DNA from: an uncultured Sutterella sp. | GTDB taxonomy: Bacteria; Pseudomonadota; Gammaproteobacteria; Burkholderiales; Burkholderiaceae_F | Assembly: GCA_900754475.1 (NCBI GenBank) | Contig: CAAECY010000078.1 | Span: 5,801 to 69,800, forward strand | Direction of reading: 5' to 3' | DNA length: 64,000 nucleotides | Part shown: piece after piece, positions 17,824 through 27,442 of the stretch | Layout of the letters: every line of letters starts with the position of its first letter | Position numbering within the stretch: position 1 is the stretch's first letter | Notes under the pieces: generated by a model | Told to the model about the DNA's origin: nothing | The model's database searches: none | Seen by the model: only the letters and a program-made list of their open reading frames with translations | Translations under genes and position numbers: made by a program

Positions 17824-17944
17824 GGGACGGTGATGCGCGGCTTTGCAACGCGGTCGCGCGGATGGTCTGAGGGGGCGACGTCCTCCCGTCGGACGACGCT
17901 TCTGAAGTCTAGCGGGATTGTTGCGAATGCGTAGGGCGAGGCGG

Positions 17945-19360
17945 TCACTCGGACGCTTTGCGGCGCCGCAGGCGCGTGGAGGGAATGCCCGCCTTTTCGC
18001 GGTATTTCGCAATCGTGCGGCGGGAGACGACGTAACCGCGCCCGGCAAGTTGCTCGGCGATGTCCCGGTCGGAGAGGGGACTCGCGGGATCTTCGGCGGC
18101 CACGAGCGCGCGGATTTCGTCGAGGATGCGCGCGCCCGAGAGGCCTTCGTCGCCGTCCGGGGCGTCCGACGCCGCGCCGACCGCGTTCGAGAAAAGGGCC
18201 TTGAGTTCGAGCGTGCCCGAGGGGCCCTGGAGGTATTTCCCCGAGGTCGTTCGCGAGACGGTGGATTCGGAGAGTTCGAGCGCTTCGGCGGCGTCCTTTT
18301 GACGCAACGGCCGAAGAGCGGCGGGCCCCTCGTCGAAAAACGCCTGTTGGTGTTCGACGAGAAATTCCGCGATGCGCAAAAGCGTGTTCGTCCGCGCGTC
18401 GACGGCCTGCAGGAAGCGTCGCGCTTCGTCGAGGTAGGGCTTGAGCTCGGTACTCTCGACGGCCCGGCGTTCGTGGGCGAGGTCCGAGAGCCGAACGTTC
18501 GGTCGGGCGCTCGGGTTGACGAACGCGCGCCAACGACCGTTCGCGCGCCTGACGACGAGGTCGGGCAGCACGTATCGGGTCGCCTCGGCGTCGAACGCGA
18601 TCGGCCGGGGGTTGAGTTCCCGCAGGAGGGCGAGCGCCTCTTCGAGAAGCTCGGCGTCGTTCGCGGCGCACTTGAGAAGCGTCTTGCGATCGGCGCGCGC
18701 CAGGTCGCCGAGGTGCTCCCGCAGGAGCGTGACGAGAAGACGGGCCGCGGGCTCGTCGACGTCGCCCGCTTCCGTTCGGCGGCGCACCTGTTCCACGAGC
18801 CCTTCGGTGAGCGACGGCTGTGCGATGCCGGCGGGCTCCAGCCCCTGCAACGCGGCGAGCGCCCGCCGCCACTCGGCGGGCGGGGCGTCGACGACGGCTC
18901 GGTACTCTTCGGCCACTTCGTCAAGAGGCACCGTAAGGAGCCCGCTCTCGTCGAGCTCTTCGACGAGACAGCGAATGCAGGAGCGCTCCTTCTCGCTCAG
19001 GTCGAGTTCAAGCGCATCGTTCAACAGTGCGGCGCGCACCGATTCGGGGGCGACGAGCCCCTCTAGGGGGTCCGCCCCCTCGTACGCCGCGCCCGCGCCC
19101 CACGTGGCGTACATGCCTTCGAGGGGCGCCCCTTCGGGGAGATCCCCCTCGGGGACGTCGCAGGAGGGCTCCTCCGTGCGTACGGACGCGTCCGGGGCGG
19201 CGTTCTCGGTTTCGAGGAACGGATTTTGAGCAACGAGCAGGTCCGCTTCCGCCATGAGTTCGACCGACGTCATCTGAAGAAGTTTCAGCGACGCCTGCTG
19301 CGCGGCGGAGAGCGCGGTCGCGAGTTGTTGCGACTGACGAACCTCAAGCAAAGCGGACAT
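17945..19360 (-). CDS. rpoN: RNA polymerase sigma-54 factor
   Basis: Gln/Leu-rich region I, ESTVSR HTH, PLSD, and RpoN box SRRTIAKYRE. Confidence 0.95.
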   Translation of the reverse strand: MSALLEVRQSQQLATALSAAQQASLKLLQMTSVELMAEADLLVAQNPFLETENAAPDASVRTEEPSCDVPEGDLPEGAPLEGMYATWGAGAAYEGADPLEGLVAPESVRAALLNDALELDLSEKERSCIRCLVEELDESGLLTVPLDEVAEEYRAVVDAPPAEWRRALAALQGLEPAGIAQPSLTEGLVEQVRRRTEAGDVDEPAARLLVTLLREHLGDLARADRKTLLKCAANDAELLEEALALLRELNPRPIAFDAEATRYVLPDLVVRRANGRWRAFVNPSARPNVRLSDLAHERRAVESTELKPYLDEARRFLQAVDARTNTLLRIAEFLVEHQQAFFDEGPAALRPLRQKDAAEALELSESTVSRTTSGKYLQGPSGTLELKALFSNAVGAASDAPDGDEGLSGARILDEIRALVAAEDPASPLSDRDIAEQLAGRGYVVSRRTIAKYREKAGIPSTRLRRRKASE

Positions 19361-19372
19361 GGCGGGACAAGA

Positions 19373-20152
19373 TCACATCTGGAAATTGTCGCCGAGGTAG
19401 AACGCACGCACGTCGGGGTTACTGATGATGTCGCCCGGCGACCCCGAGGCGAGCACCCGCCCTTCGTTGATGATGTACGCGTGGTCGCAAATGGCGAGCG
19501 TTTCGCGCACGTTGTGGTCCGTAATGAGCACGCCGATGTTGCGGTCGCGCAGGAAACGGACGATGCGCTGAATTTCGATGACGGCGATGGGGTCCACGCC
19601 CGCAAACGGCTCGTCGAGCAGGATGAAGCGGGGATTGGCCGCAAGCGCCCGCGCGATTTCGGTACGGCGGCGTTCGCCCCCGGACAGCGAGAGCGCCATG
19701 CTCGTGCGGATGTGCTGGATCTGCAGTTCGTCGAGGAGCTGCTCGAGGCGCACTTCGATGACGGCGCTCTTCAAGGGTGCGCCGTTTTCGTCGGTCTGCA
19801 GCTCCAGAATGGCGCGGATGTTGTCTTCGACCGTGAGCTTGCGGAAAACGCTCGCTTCCTGCGGCAGGTACGAGAGCCCCATGCGGGCGCGGCGGTAGAT
19901 CGGCAGGTGCGCGATCGAATTGCCGTCGAGATCGATCGAACCCGAATCGGCCACGACGAGCCCCACGACCATGTAAAAGGTCGTGGTCTTGCCCGCGCCG
20001 TTCGGACCGAGCAGCCCGACGACTTCGCCCGATTTGACGGAGAGATCGACCCCTTTGACCACTTGGCGCGAGCCGTAATGTTTTTTGAGCCCCTTGGCTT
20101 CAAGCGTATGGACGTGTTCGTGCAGGTGACCCTGCTGAAGGTTGGAGTTCAC
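19373..20152 (-). CDS. lptB: LPS export ABC ATPase
   Basis: [48 protein letters not shown]. Confidence 0.97.
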   Translation of the reverse strand: MNSNLQQGHLHEHVHTLEAKGLKKHYGSRQVVKGVDLSVKSGEVVGLLGPNGAGKTTTFYMVVGLVVADSGSIDLDGNSIAHLPIYRRARMGLSYLPQEASVFRKLTVEDNIRAILELQTDENGAPLKSAVIEVRLEQLLDELQIQHIRTSMALSLSGGERRRTEIARALAANPRFILLDEPFAGVDPIAVIEIQRIVRFLRDRNIGVLITDHNVRETLAICDHAYIINEGRVLASGSPGDIISNPDVRAFYLGDNFQM

Positions 20153-20176
20153 GGCAAGTCGTTCCTCGTGGGGCGA

Positions 20177-20779
20177 TCAGGGCTGTTCGGGTTGGACGGA
20201 GAGTTTCGTCGAATTCTTGAGTTGCGCGGAGGAGCGGTCGGCCTCGGCGTTCGAGTCCTTCGTGCGCGGAGCGATGACGGTGCTCACGCGCTGGCGCTTG
20301 CCGCCGACGACGCCGCCCTCGACGGTGGAGCGGGCGTTGCGAAGGTCGTAGACGATTTTTTCGCCGCGGGTGAGATCCTTTTCGACGCCGCTTTCCGTGC
20401 GGGAGAGCTTGGCCTGCCCGGTGAGCGTGATCGTGTCGCGTTCTTCGTCGTAGACGATGGTCGCGGCTTCGGCATGGACCCATTCGTCGGGACCGACGGA
20501 GCCCTTCGGATCGCGCTGCTGGCGGAACTTCGCGGGTCCGCCCGTGATCGTGGCCTGACGGTAGCCCTTCGGCGTCAGACGCAGTTCGAGGTTGGCGCCC
20601 TGCAGGTGCATCGATCCCTGCGAAACGACGACGTTGCCGGAATAGACGGCCGTCTGTTTGACTTCGTCGCCGTTGAAGCGGTCGGCCGTAACCTCAATCG
20701 GTTGTTCGCGGTCGCTCGAGAGCGCAAAGGCCGGAGCGACGACCAGAGCGCAGAGCGAGGCACAGAGAATGGAGCGCAT
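20177..20779 (-). CDS. lptA: LPS transport periplasmic protein
   Basis: Signal peptide, DREQPIEVTAD, GNVVVSQG; position in the lpt cluster. Confidence 0.92.
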   Translation of the reverse strand: MRSILCASLCALVVAPAFALSSDREQPIEVTADRFNGDEVKQTAVYSGNVVVSQGSMHLQGANLELRLTPKGYRQATITGGPAKFRQQRDPKGSVGPDEWVHAEAATIVYDEERDTITLTGQAKLSRTESGVEKDLTRGEKIVYDLRNARSTVEGGVVGGKRQRVSTVIAPRTKDSNAEADRSSAQLKNSTKLSVQPEQP

Positions 20780-20781
20780 GA

Positions 20782-21399
20782 TCAGGGACGGAGTTCCGTA
20801 GGTTGCTGGAAGTTTTGCGGGTGCAGGACCGTGCGAACGCGGTCGCGCAATTCGAGCGTGTGTCCGACGTTATCGTACACCATGCCCTTGGCGGCCTCGG
20901 TCGTATCGTTTCCGCGGCGCATGAAGACCGGAAGTACGGATTCGAAACGGTACGTGTCGAGGTATCCCTTCAGGGCTTCCGTTTGCAAAAAGAGGTCGGG
21001 CTCTTGGGGACCGGCCGCGCGCGTGAGCGTCACGGCGCCCGACAGATCGACCGTCTCCAGACCGTCGTCGCTCCAGGCTTCGCGCGCCGAAAGCGCGAGC
21101 TGCAGCTCCGACGGATCGAGCGTGACGAAGCGCACCGCCTGAGCGCGCATGCGCTCGTCGGAAAAATGAGCGACGTCCTCGGCGAAGAGTCGACGGTCGG
21201 CCGTGCCGGTTGCGTCGAAATCGGTGAGCGTGACGTTGCGCGCGGTGAAGTCCGGGCTCGATTCGCTCGGGATGTACTTGAGGCCGGCGATTTCGACCTG
21301 AATCGAGTAGTAGTAACTCGCGGCCACAAGTACGAAGAGAATCGCCGAGCCGATGATCGCCGTGACGCGTTCGCGCAGAATGAGTCGACGGTGCGCCAT
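20782..21399 (-). CDS. lptC: LPS export protein LptC
   Basis: Single N-terminal TM, PDF motif, beta-jellyroll-like body; between kdsC and lptA. Confidence 0.85.
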   Translation of the reverse strand: MAHRRLILRERVTAIIGSAILFVLVAASYYYSIQVEIAGLKYIPSESSPDFTARNVTLTDFDATGTADRRLFAEDVAHFSDERMRAQAVRFVTLDPSELQLALSAREAWSDDGLETVDLSGAVTLTRAAGPQEPDLFLQTEALKGYLDTYRFESVLPVFMRRGNDTTEAAKGMVYDNVGHTLELRDRVRTVLHPQNFQQPTELRP

Positions 21400-21402
21400 G
21401 AC

Positions 21403-21927
21403 TCAGCGGCCCTCGTAAAACACGTCCCGAACGAGCGCGTCCCAGCCGCCGCGGCTCTTGACGATGAGTTCGGCGAGCGCACGCACGGCGCCGTGCCCGC
21501 CCGCGGCGGGCGCGCGCCAGTGGACGTCGAGTTCGGGATTGCCGTCGGCGGGCGTGGCCGCAAGGCCCGCACGCGCGAGAAGCGGCGCGTCGGGGAGGTC
21601 GTCGCCCATGTAGGCGACTTCGTCGTCGGAGAGGCCGAGTCGGGCGACGAGGTCCTCGTAGGCGGGCACCTTGTAGCGCTGCCCCTGAAGGACGTGCGTG
21701 ATGCCGAGCTCGCGGGCGCGTTCCGCGACGATCGCGGAGGTGCGGCCCGTCAGGATGGCGACCTCAACCCCGATTTTCTGCAGGAGTTTGATGCCGAGAC
21801 CGTCCCGGACGTTGAAGGACTTGAAGAGTTCCCCGTTGCCCGAAATGTTGATGGAGCCGTCCGTCAGGACGCCGTCCACGTCGAGCACGAGAAGACGAAT
21901 GCGGCGGGCGCGTTCTTCGAGAGTCAT
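21403..21927 (-). CDS. kdsC: KDO 8-phosphate phosphatase
   Basis: LDVDGVLTDG, DGLGIK, YMGDDLPD, GGHGAVR; start at ATG 21927. Confidence 0.95.
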   Translation of the reverse strand: MTLEERARRIRLLVLDVDGVLTDGSINISGNGELFKSFNVRDGLGIKLLQKIGVEVAILTGRTSAIVAERARELGITHVLQGQRYKVPAYEDLVARLGLSDDEVAYMGDDLPDAPLLARAGLAATPADGNPELDVHWRAPAAGGHGAVRALAELIVKSRGGWDALVRDVFYEGR

Positions 21928-22916
21928 CAGATCACCTTGGCTTCCATGAGGTCGTGCATGTGCAGAGCGCCGATGAGGCGGCCCTCTTCGTCCGTGACGA
22001 GGAGCTGATTGCACTGGTAGGCCTCGAGCTGCTGCACGGCGCTCGCGGCGAGTTCGCGCGCGCCGATGGTGTGGGGCGTGCGCGTCATGACGTCGGCGAT
22101 GCAGAGTTCGCGGATGTCGCCCACGCGTTCGATGAGGCGACGCAGGTCCCCTTCCGTGAAGATGCCGAGGAGCTTGCCGTCGTGATCGACCACGGCCGTC
22201 ATGCCGATGTGCTTGCGCGTGATTTCGCGAACGGCGTCGAGCACCGTCACGTCCGCTTTGATGCTCGGGACGGCGTCGCCCGAGCGCATGATGTCTTCGA
22301 CGTGGATGAGGAGGCGTCGGCCGAGCGCGCCGCCCGGGTGGCTGCGGGCGAAGTCTTCCTTGCTGAAGCCCTTGGCCGAGAGGCAGGCAACGGCGAGCGC
22401 GTCGCCGAGGGCGAGCGTCGTCGTGGTCGAGGCGGTCGGGGCGAGGTTGAGCGGGCAGGCTTCGCGCTCGACGTGGCAGTTGATGTGAGCGTCCGCGTGA
22501 CGCGCGAGGCTCGAGGCGGGATTGCCCGTCATGGCGATCAGTCGGGCGCCGACGCGCTTGATGGAGGGAACGACCGTCAGGAGTTCGTTCGTTTCGCCCG
22601 AATACGAAATGCCGAGCACGACGTCGTCGGCCGTGATCATGCCGAGGTCGCCGTGAGCGGCTTCCGCCGCGTGCACGAAGAAGGCGGGCGTGCCCGTCGA
22701 GGCGAAGGTCGCCGCGAGCTTGCGTCCGATATGGCCCGATTTGCCGACGCCCGAGACGACCAGACGACCGCGGATGTTGAGGATGAGCTCGACGGCGCGG
22801 ACGAAGTCGTCCGTGTTGCCGAGCGCGTCTTCGGCGGTCAAAAGGGCCTGCGCTTCGTGCTGCAGGACGTCGCGGCCGAGCGCAAGGGTGGCGGCGGGAT
22901 CGAATCGGAGAGTCAT
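21927..22916 (-). CDS. kdsD: Arabinose 5-phosphate isomerase (SIS plus CBS domains)
   Basis: GVGKSGHIG, EAAHGDLG, EACPLNLAPTAST, HPGGALG; start at ATG 22916. Confidence 0.95.
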   Translation of the reverse strand: MTLRFDPAATLALGRDVLQHEAQALLTAEDALGNTDDFVRAVELILNIRGRLVVSGVGKSGHIGRKLAATFASTGTPAFFVHAAEAAHGDLGMITADDVVLGISYSGETNELLTVVPSIKRVGARLIAMTGNPASSLARHADAHINCHVEREACPLNLAPTASTTTTLALGDALAVACLSAKGFSKEDFARSHPGGALGRRLLIHVEDIMRSGDAVPSIKADVTVLDAVREITRKHIGMTAVVDHDGKLLGIFTEGDLRRLIERVGDIRELCIADVMTRTPHTIGARELAASAVQQLEAYQCNQLLVTDEEGRLIGALHMHDLMEAKVI

Positions 22917-23072
22917 TGTGAAACCTGAAAAAAGGGGGTGTGGGGGTACGCCAATAATAACGGTTAAGTTCGCGCGGGGAGCGACTCGCACGGACGATGC
23001 GAAAACGCCTCCGGACGACGGGCGTGCCGGAGGCGGTTCGGGTCGCGGGAACCCCGAGGGGGTTCCGCGGGA

Positions 23073-23807
<735 letters not shown>

Positions 23808-23843
23808 GAGGGGATCCTTGTTCTTGGGGGGAGGTAGGCGGGA

Positions 23844-24524
23844 TTATCGAGTCGCGAGGTTGGTCTGCAGGCGACGAATAAGCAGAGACAACGAAAGCGA
23901 AACGGCCAAATAGCAAAGCGCCGCAAAAGAGTACATCAAAACGAGTTCCCCGTCACGCTGAGCGATCTTCGAAACGGCACCGAGGAAGTCGTTGCCGCTG
24001 ATGACGTACACGAGACTCGTGTCCTGAAAGAGGATGATGATCTGCGTGAGAAGGACGGGGAGCATGTTGCGAACGGCCTGCGGCAGAACGACGTAGCGCA
24101 TCGTCTGCCCGTAGGTGAAGCCCAGGCCCATGGCCGCGGCGAACTGTCCTTTTTTCACGGACTGGATGCCCGCACGCATGATTTCCGCGAAGTACGCGGC
24201 CTCGAAGAGCACGAAGGTGATGACGGCCGTCATGTCGGGGCCGATCATGACCGCATGGTCGAGCGCGAAGAGGAGCCGCAGGATTTCCGGCATGAGGAGG
24301 AAAAACCAGAAAAGAACGAGCACGAGCGGCACCGAGCGCATGAGGTCGACGTAGAACTTCGCCGGGCGCGAGAGCCAGGGGCGGCTCGAGAGGCGCGCAA
24401 GCGCGAGGAGCGTGCCGAGGGTGAGGCCCCCCACCGTCGTGACGGCGGTGAGTTCGAGCGTGTAGGCCGCGCCCGCCATCAGGAAGTCGGCCGATTCGGT
24501 GATGCTGGAAAAGTCGATGGTCAT
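23844..24524 (-). CDS. gltK: Polar amino-acid ABC permease
   Basis: RSVPLV, FEAAYFAEIMRAGIQS, ILFQDTSLV. Confidence 0.85.
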   Translation of the reverse strand: MTIDFSSITESADFLMAGAAYTLELTAVTTVGGLTLGTLLALARLSSRPWLSRPAKFYVDLMRSVPLVLVLFWFFLLMPEILRLLFALDHAVMIGPDMTAVITFVLFEAAYFAEIMRAGIQSVKKGQFAAAMGLGFTYGQTMRYVVLPQAVRNMLPVLLTQIIILFQDTSLVYVISGNDFLGAVSKIAQRDGELVLMYSFAALCYLAVSLSLSLLIRRLQTNLATR

Positions 24525-24543
24525 GGTGGTCAACTCCCGGAAA

Positions 24544-25281
24544 TCAGTTGCGGGCGGCAATGAAGCCGGGGACGGCGGTGCGGCGTTCGAGGAACGCCAT
24601 GATGCGATTCACCGCAAGCGCAATGACGATGTAGAGGAAGGTCGCCCAGCAGTAGGCGGCGAAGAACTGGAACGTGTTTTCGCCCATCTCGTTGGCGCGC
24701 ATCGTGATGTCGGAAAGACCGATCGTGATCACGATGGCGGTGTTCTTCACGAGGTTCATCGCTTCGCTCGTCAGGGGCGGCAGCACGAGGCGCAGCGCCA
24801 TCGGCAGGATCACGTAGCGGTAGGCCTGCACGCGGGTGAGCCCGAGCGCGCGGGCCGCGTTCGGCAGTCCCGGAGGAATCGAGCAGATCCCGGCGCGAAC
24901 CTGTTCGGCCACGCGCGACGACGTGAAGAGGCCGAGGCAGAGGAAGGCGGAGAGAAACTGCGAGAGAACGGGGTCGCTGTTGATCATCCAGTCCTTGTAC
25001 CAGGGGAAAAACTCCGGCACGACGAAGTACCAGATGAAGATCTGAACAAGGAGCGGAATGTTGCGAAAGAGTTCGATCCAGGCTTCGCACAGGCCGCGCA
25101 CCGCGCGGTTCGGGCTCGTGCGAAGCGTCCCGACGACGACCCCGACGACGAGCGCGAGGGAGAAGGCCGCAACGTGCAGACCGATCGTCCAGCCCGCACC
25201 GTCGAGGATGTAGAGCCACCACGGATCGTCCGACAGGAGCGAAGTTTCAAAAAGCGTTTCGAAGCCGATGTTGATGGCCAT
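24544..25281 (-). CDS. gltJ: Polar amino-acid ABC permease
   Basis: ELFRNIPLLVQ, FTSSRVAEQVRAGI, PPLTSE..NLVKN. Confidence 0.85.
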   Translation of the reverse strand: MAINIGFETLFETSLLSDDPWWLYILDGAGWTIGLHVAAFSLALVVGVVVGTLRTSPNRAVRGLCEAWIELFRNIPLLVQIFIWYFVVPEFFPWYKDWMINSDPVLSQFLSAFLCLGLFTSSRVAEQVRAGICSIPPGLPNAARALGLTRVQAYRYVILPMALRLVLPPLTSEAMNLVKNTAIVITIGLSDITMRANEMGENTFQFFAAYCWATFLYIVIALAVNRIMAFLERRTAVPGFIAARN

Positions 25282-25350
25282 GAGACGAACTCCTTTGTAC
25301 TCGCCCCCAGCGGGGACGACCGGGTGTGTCCGCGCAGGGTTCGCGCGGGG

Positions 25351-25406
25351 AAAAAAGAAAAAGCCGGAGGCGGTTTCAGAGTGTCGCTAGTCGGCCGCCT
25401 CCGGCA
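25351..25406 (-). terminator. Intra-operon hairpin/terminator between gltI and gltJ
   Basis: GCCGGAGGCGG/CCGCCTCCGGC 11-bp stem followed by TTTTTCTTTTTT on the minus strand. Confidence 0.65.
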
Positions 25407-25423
25407 AATGACGGTCGGAAGTG

Positions 25424-26320
25424 TCAGATCCCCCGATCGTTCGGGTTGGCGAAGAGCTCCTTGGTGTAGGAGTTCATCGGGAAGTTGAGGTTGACGTTCT
25501 TCGGGGGAATGGGACGTTCGAACCAGGTCGTGTAGAGTTCGGCCAACTTCCCGGAGGTGATGAGGTTCGTCACGGTGCGGTCGACGAGCGCCTTGAAGGC
25601 GGGATCGTCCTTGCGGAACATCGGCCCGTAGGGTTCGACCGAGAGCGACTCGTCGAGGATCATGAAGTCCTGCGGGTTGTCGAGGTTGGCGATCTGACCG
25701 GCAAGGAGCACGTCGTCGATCACGAAGGCGTCGGCGCGGTGATTCGCCACGAGCTGCATGGCTTCGGCGAAGTCCTTCGTCATGAGGAAGCGGAAGCGCA
25801 GGCCGTTTTCCTTTTCGTACTTCTTCAGGAGCGCCACCGAGGTCGTGCCGGAGGTGACGGCGATGTTCTTGCCGTTGAGATCCTTGAGCGAGCGGATGTT
25901 GCTCGACTTCGCGACGGCGGCCGTCACCTGGATGCCGAAGTAGTTCGTGCCGAAGGCGGCTTCGCGCTGACGCACGAGCGAATTCGTCGTGGAGCCGCAT
26001 TCGATGTCGACCGTGCCGTTCTGAATGAGGGGAATGCGGTTGGCCGACGTGACCGCCTGGTAGCGGATCTTGAGGTCGGGCATGTTGAGTTCGGCCTTCA
26101 CGGCTTCGCCCACGGCGCGGCAGACTTCGAACGCGTAGCCCGCGGGCTTGCCGTCGGAGAGAAGGTAGGAGAAGGGCACGGAGCTCTCCCGATAGCCGAT
26201 CGTGAGCGTGCCGCTTTCGCTCACCTTCTTGAGCGTACCCGTCAGCTCGGCGGCGCCCGCAAGGGTCGAAGCGGAAAGAAGAGCGGCAAAAGCGATCGTG
26301 GCGATGCGGGAGCGGATCAT
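25424..26320 (-). CDS. gltI: Glutamate/aspartate ABC substrate-binding protein
   Basis: Signal peptide; GYRESSVPFSY, VTSANRIPL.QNGTVDIECGSTTN, EPYG. SD AGGAGG before ATG 26320. Confidence 0.88.
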   Translation of the reverse strand: MIRSRIATIAFAALLSASTLAGAAELTGTLKKVSESGTLTIGYRESSVPFSYLLSDGKPAGYAFEVCRAVGEAVKAELNMPDLKIRYQAVTSANRIPLIQNGTVDIECGSTTNSLVRQREAAFGTNYFGIQVTAAVAKSSNIRSLKDLNGKNIAVTSGTTSVALLKKYEKENGLRFRFLMTKDFAEAMQLVANHRADAFVIDDVLLAGQIANLDNPQDFMILDESLSVEPYGPMFRKDDPAFKALVDRTVTNLITSGKLAELYTTWFERPIPPKNVNLNFPMNSYTKELFANPNDRGI

Positions 26321-26402
26321 GATGACCTCCTGAGTGCGTCTGTCGTAAGTCGTGGGGTTCGAAGCCGTCCGGAGGACGCCCGAGACCCTTGTTGTTATAA
26401 GA

Positions 26403-26419
26403 AGCAAGACCCGTGCCAA
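26403..26419 (-). promoter_or_regulatory. Sigma-54 (-24/-12) promoter of gltIJKL
   Basis: Minus strand TTGGCACGGGTCTTGCT = TGGCAC-N5-TTGC. Confidence 0.85.
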
Positions 26420-26448
26420 ACATCGCGTCGGTCGGGCGGAGGTAAATG

Positions 26449-26461
26449 CAATTGCTTGAAA
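26449..26461 (-). promoter_or_regulatory. Candidate IHF site
   Basis: TTTCAAGCAATTG, one mismatch to WATCAA-N4-TTR, in an AT-rich patch between enhancer and sigma54 promoter. Confidence 0.5.
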
Positions 26462-26536
26462 AGTAAGGATTTATTGTGGGGTGTGAAGGGTTTTCCCGAG
26501 TGGGAAACGAAAAACGGCGCCCCGAAAACGGGACGC

Positions 26537-26601
26537 CGCTCCAATATGGTGCGCACCATTTGGGTGCGATTGAGTCGCGCGGGGCGCACCGAAACGGTGC
26601 G
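26537..26601. promoter_or_regulatory. Three NtrC-type enhancer boxes
   Basis: CGCTCCA-ATA-TGGTGCG (26537-26553), CGCACCA-TTT-GGGTGCG (26552-26568), CGCACCG-AAA-CGGTGCG (26585-26601); consensus TGCACCA-N3-TGGTGCA. Confidence 0.75.
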
Positions 26602-26617
26602 CTCTTTCCGGCGAAAA

Positions 26618-27400
26618 TCAGGCTTCGCCCGAGCCGTCCGACCCTTCGGGGCGGAAGACGGGCTTGCGGCCTTCCGTGAAGGCCTTGAGCGCTTCGGCGG
26701 CTTCGGCCGAGCGAACGCGTCGCGCGTAGGTTTCCTCTTCTTCGTCGGCGAGCGCTTCGATCTGACGGTCGCGCACGCTGCGCATGAGGCGCTTCGTTTC
26801 GGCGACCGCTTCGGGCGGGAGGACGGCCAGGCGCGCCGCCTTGGCGGCCACGGTCTGAGCGAGTTCGTCGTCGTCGATTACGGCGGTCACGAGACGCATG
26901 GCGGCCGCTTCGTCGGCGGTGACGGGTTCCGAAAGCAGGAGCTTTTCGGCGGCCTTCGGGTAACCCGCGGCGGCCGTCATCACGTGTGCGACGCCGAAGC
27001 GGGGCGTGCGCGCGAGCGCCACGGCCGGAATGCTGAAGAGGGCCTTCGTGCCCGCGTAGACGAGGTCGCAGTAAAGGAGCATCGCGAACGCTTCGCCGAC
27101 GGCCGGACCCGCCACCAGGGCGACGACGGGCTTCGGAAAGCGGCGCAGCACCGTAAAGAAGTCGCTCATTTCCCGATCGATGCGATCCGGGGTTTTGAGG
27201 CTCTCCTCAAGGTCGGCACCCGCCGAGAACACGGCTCCTTCGCCTTCGATCAGAACGACGCGAACGCCGGGGTCCGCTTCGGCGCTCCGAAGCGACTCGG
27301 AGAGCGAGGCGAACATGTCGGAGGTGATCGTGTTGCGGCGTTCGGGGCGGCGGATCGTCAGACGGAGAACGCCGAATTCGAGCTTGGAAACAATGGACAT
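26618..27400 (-). CDS. Enoyl-CoA hydratase/isomerase (crotonase) fold protein
   Basis: RPERRNTI, FSAGADL, PKPVVALVAGPAVG, CDLVYA, F.EGRKP.F. Confidence 0.85.
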   Translation of the reverse strand: MSIVSKLEFGVLRLTIRRPERRNTITSDMFASLSESLRSAEADPGVRVVLIEGEGAVFSAGADLEESLKTPDRIDREMSDFFTVLRRFPKPVVALVAGPAVGEAFAMLLYCDLVYAGTKALFSIPAVALARTPRFGVAHVMTAAAGYPKAAEKLLLSEPVTADEAAAMRLVTAVIDDDELAQTVAAKAARLAVLPPEAVAETKRLMRSVRDRQIEALADEEEETYARRVRSAEAAEALKAFTEGRKPVFRPEGSDGSGEA

Positions 27401-27442
27401 GACTTCGCAAATTCCTGAGGAAAAAGGGACGACGTCATCTTA

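Noticed and set aside
17293..18924. Apparent long N-terminal extensions of ptsN (also coaD, the aldolase and the first DUF2721-like gene)
   Set aside because: They are open frames overlapping upstream genes; real starts lie downstream. These are not fusions, unlike Pth-DUF523.
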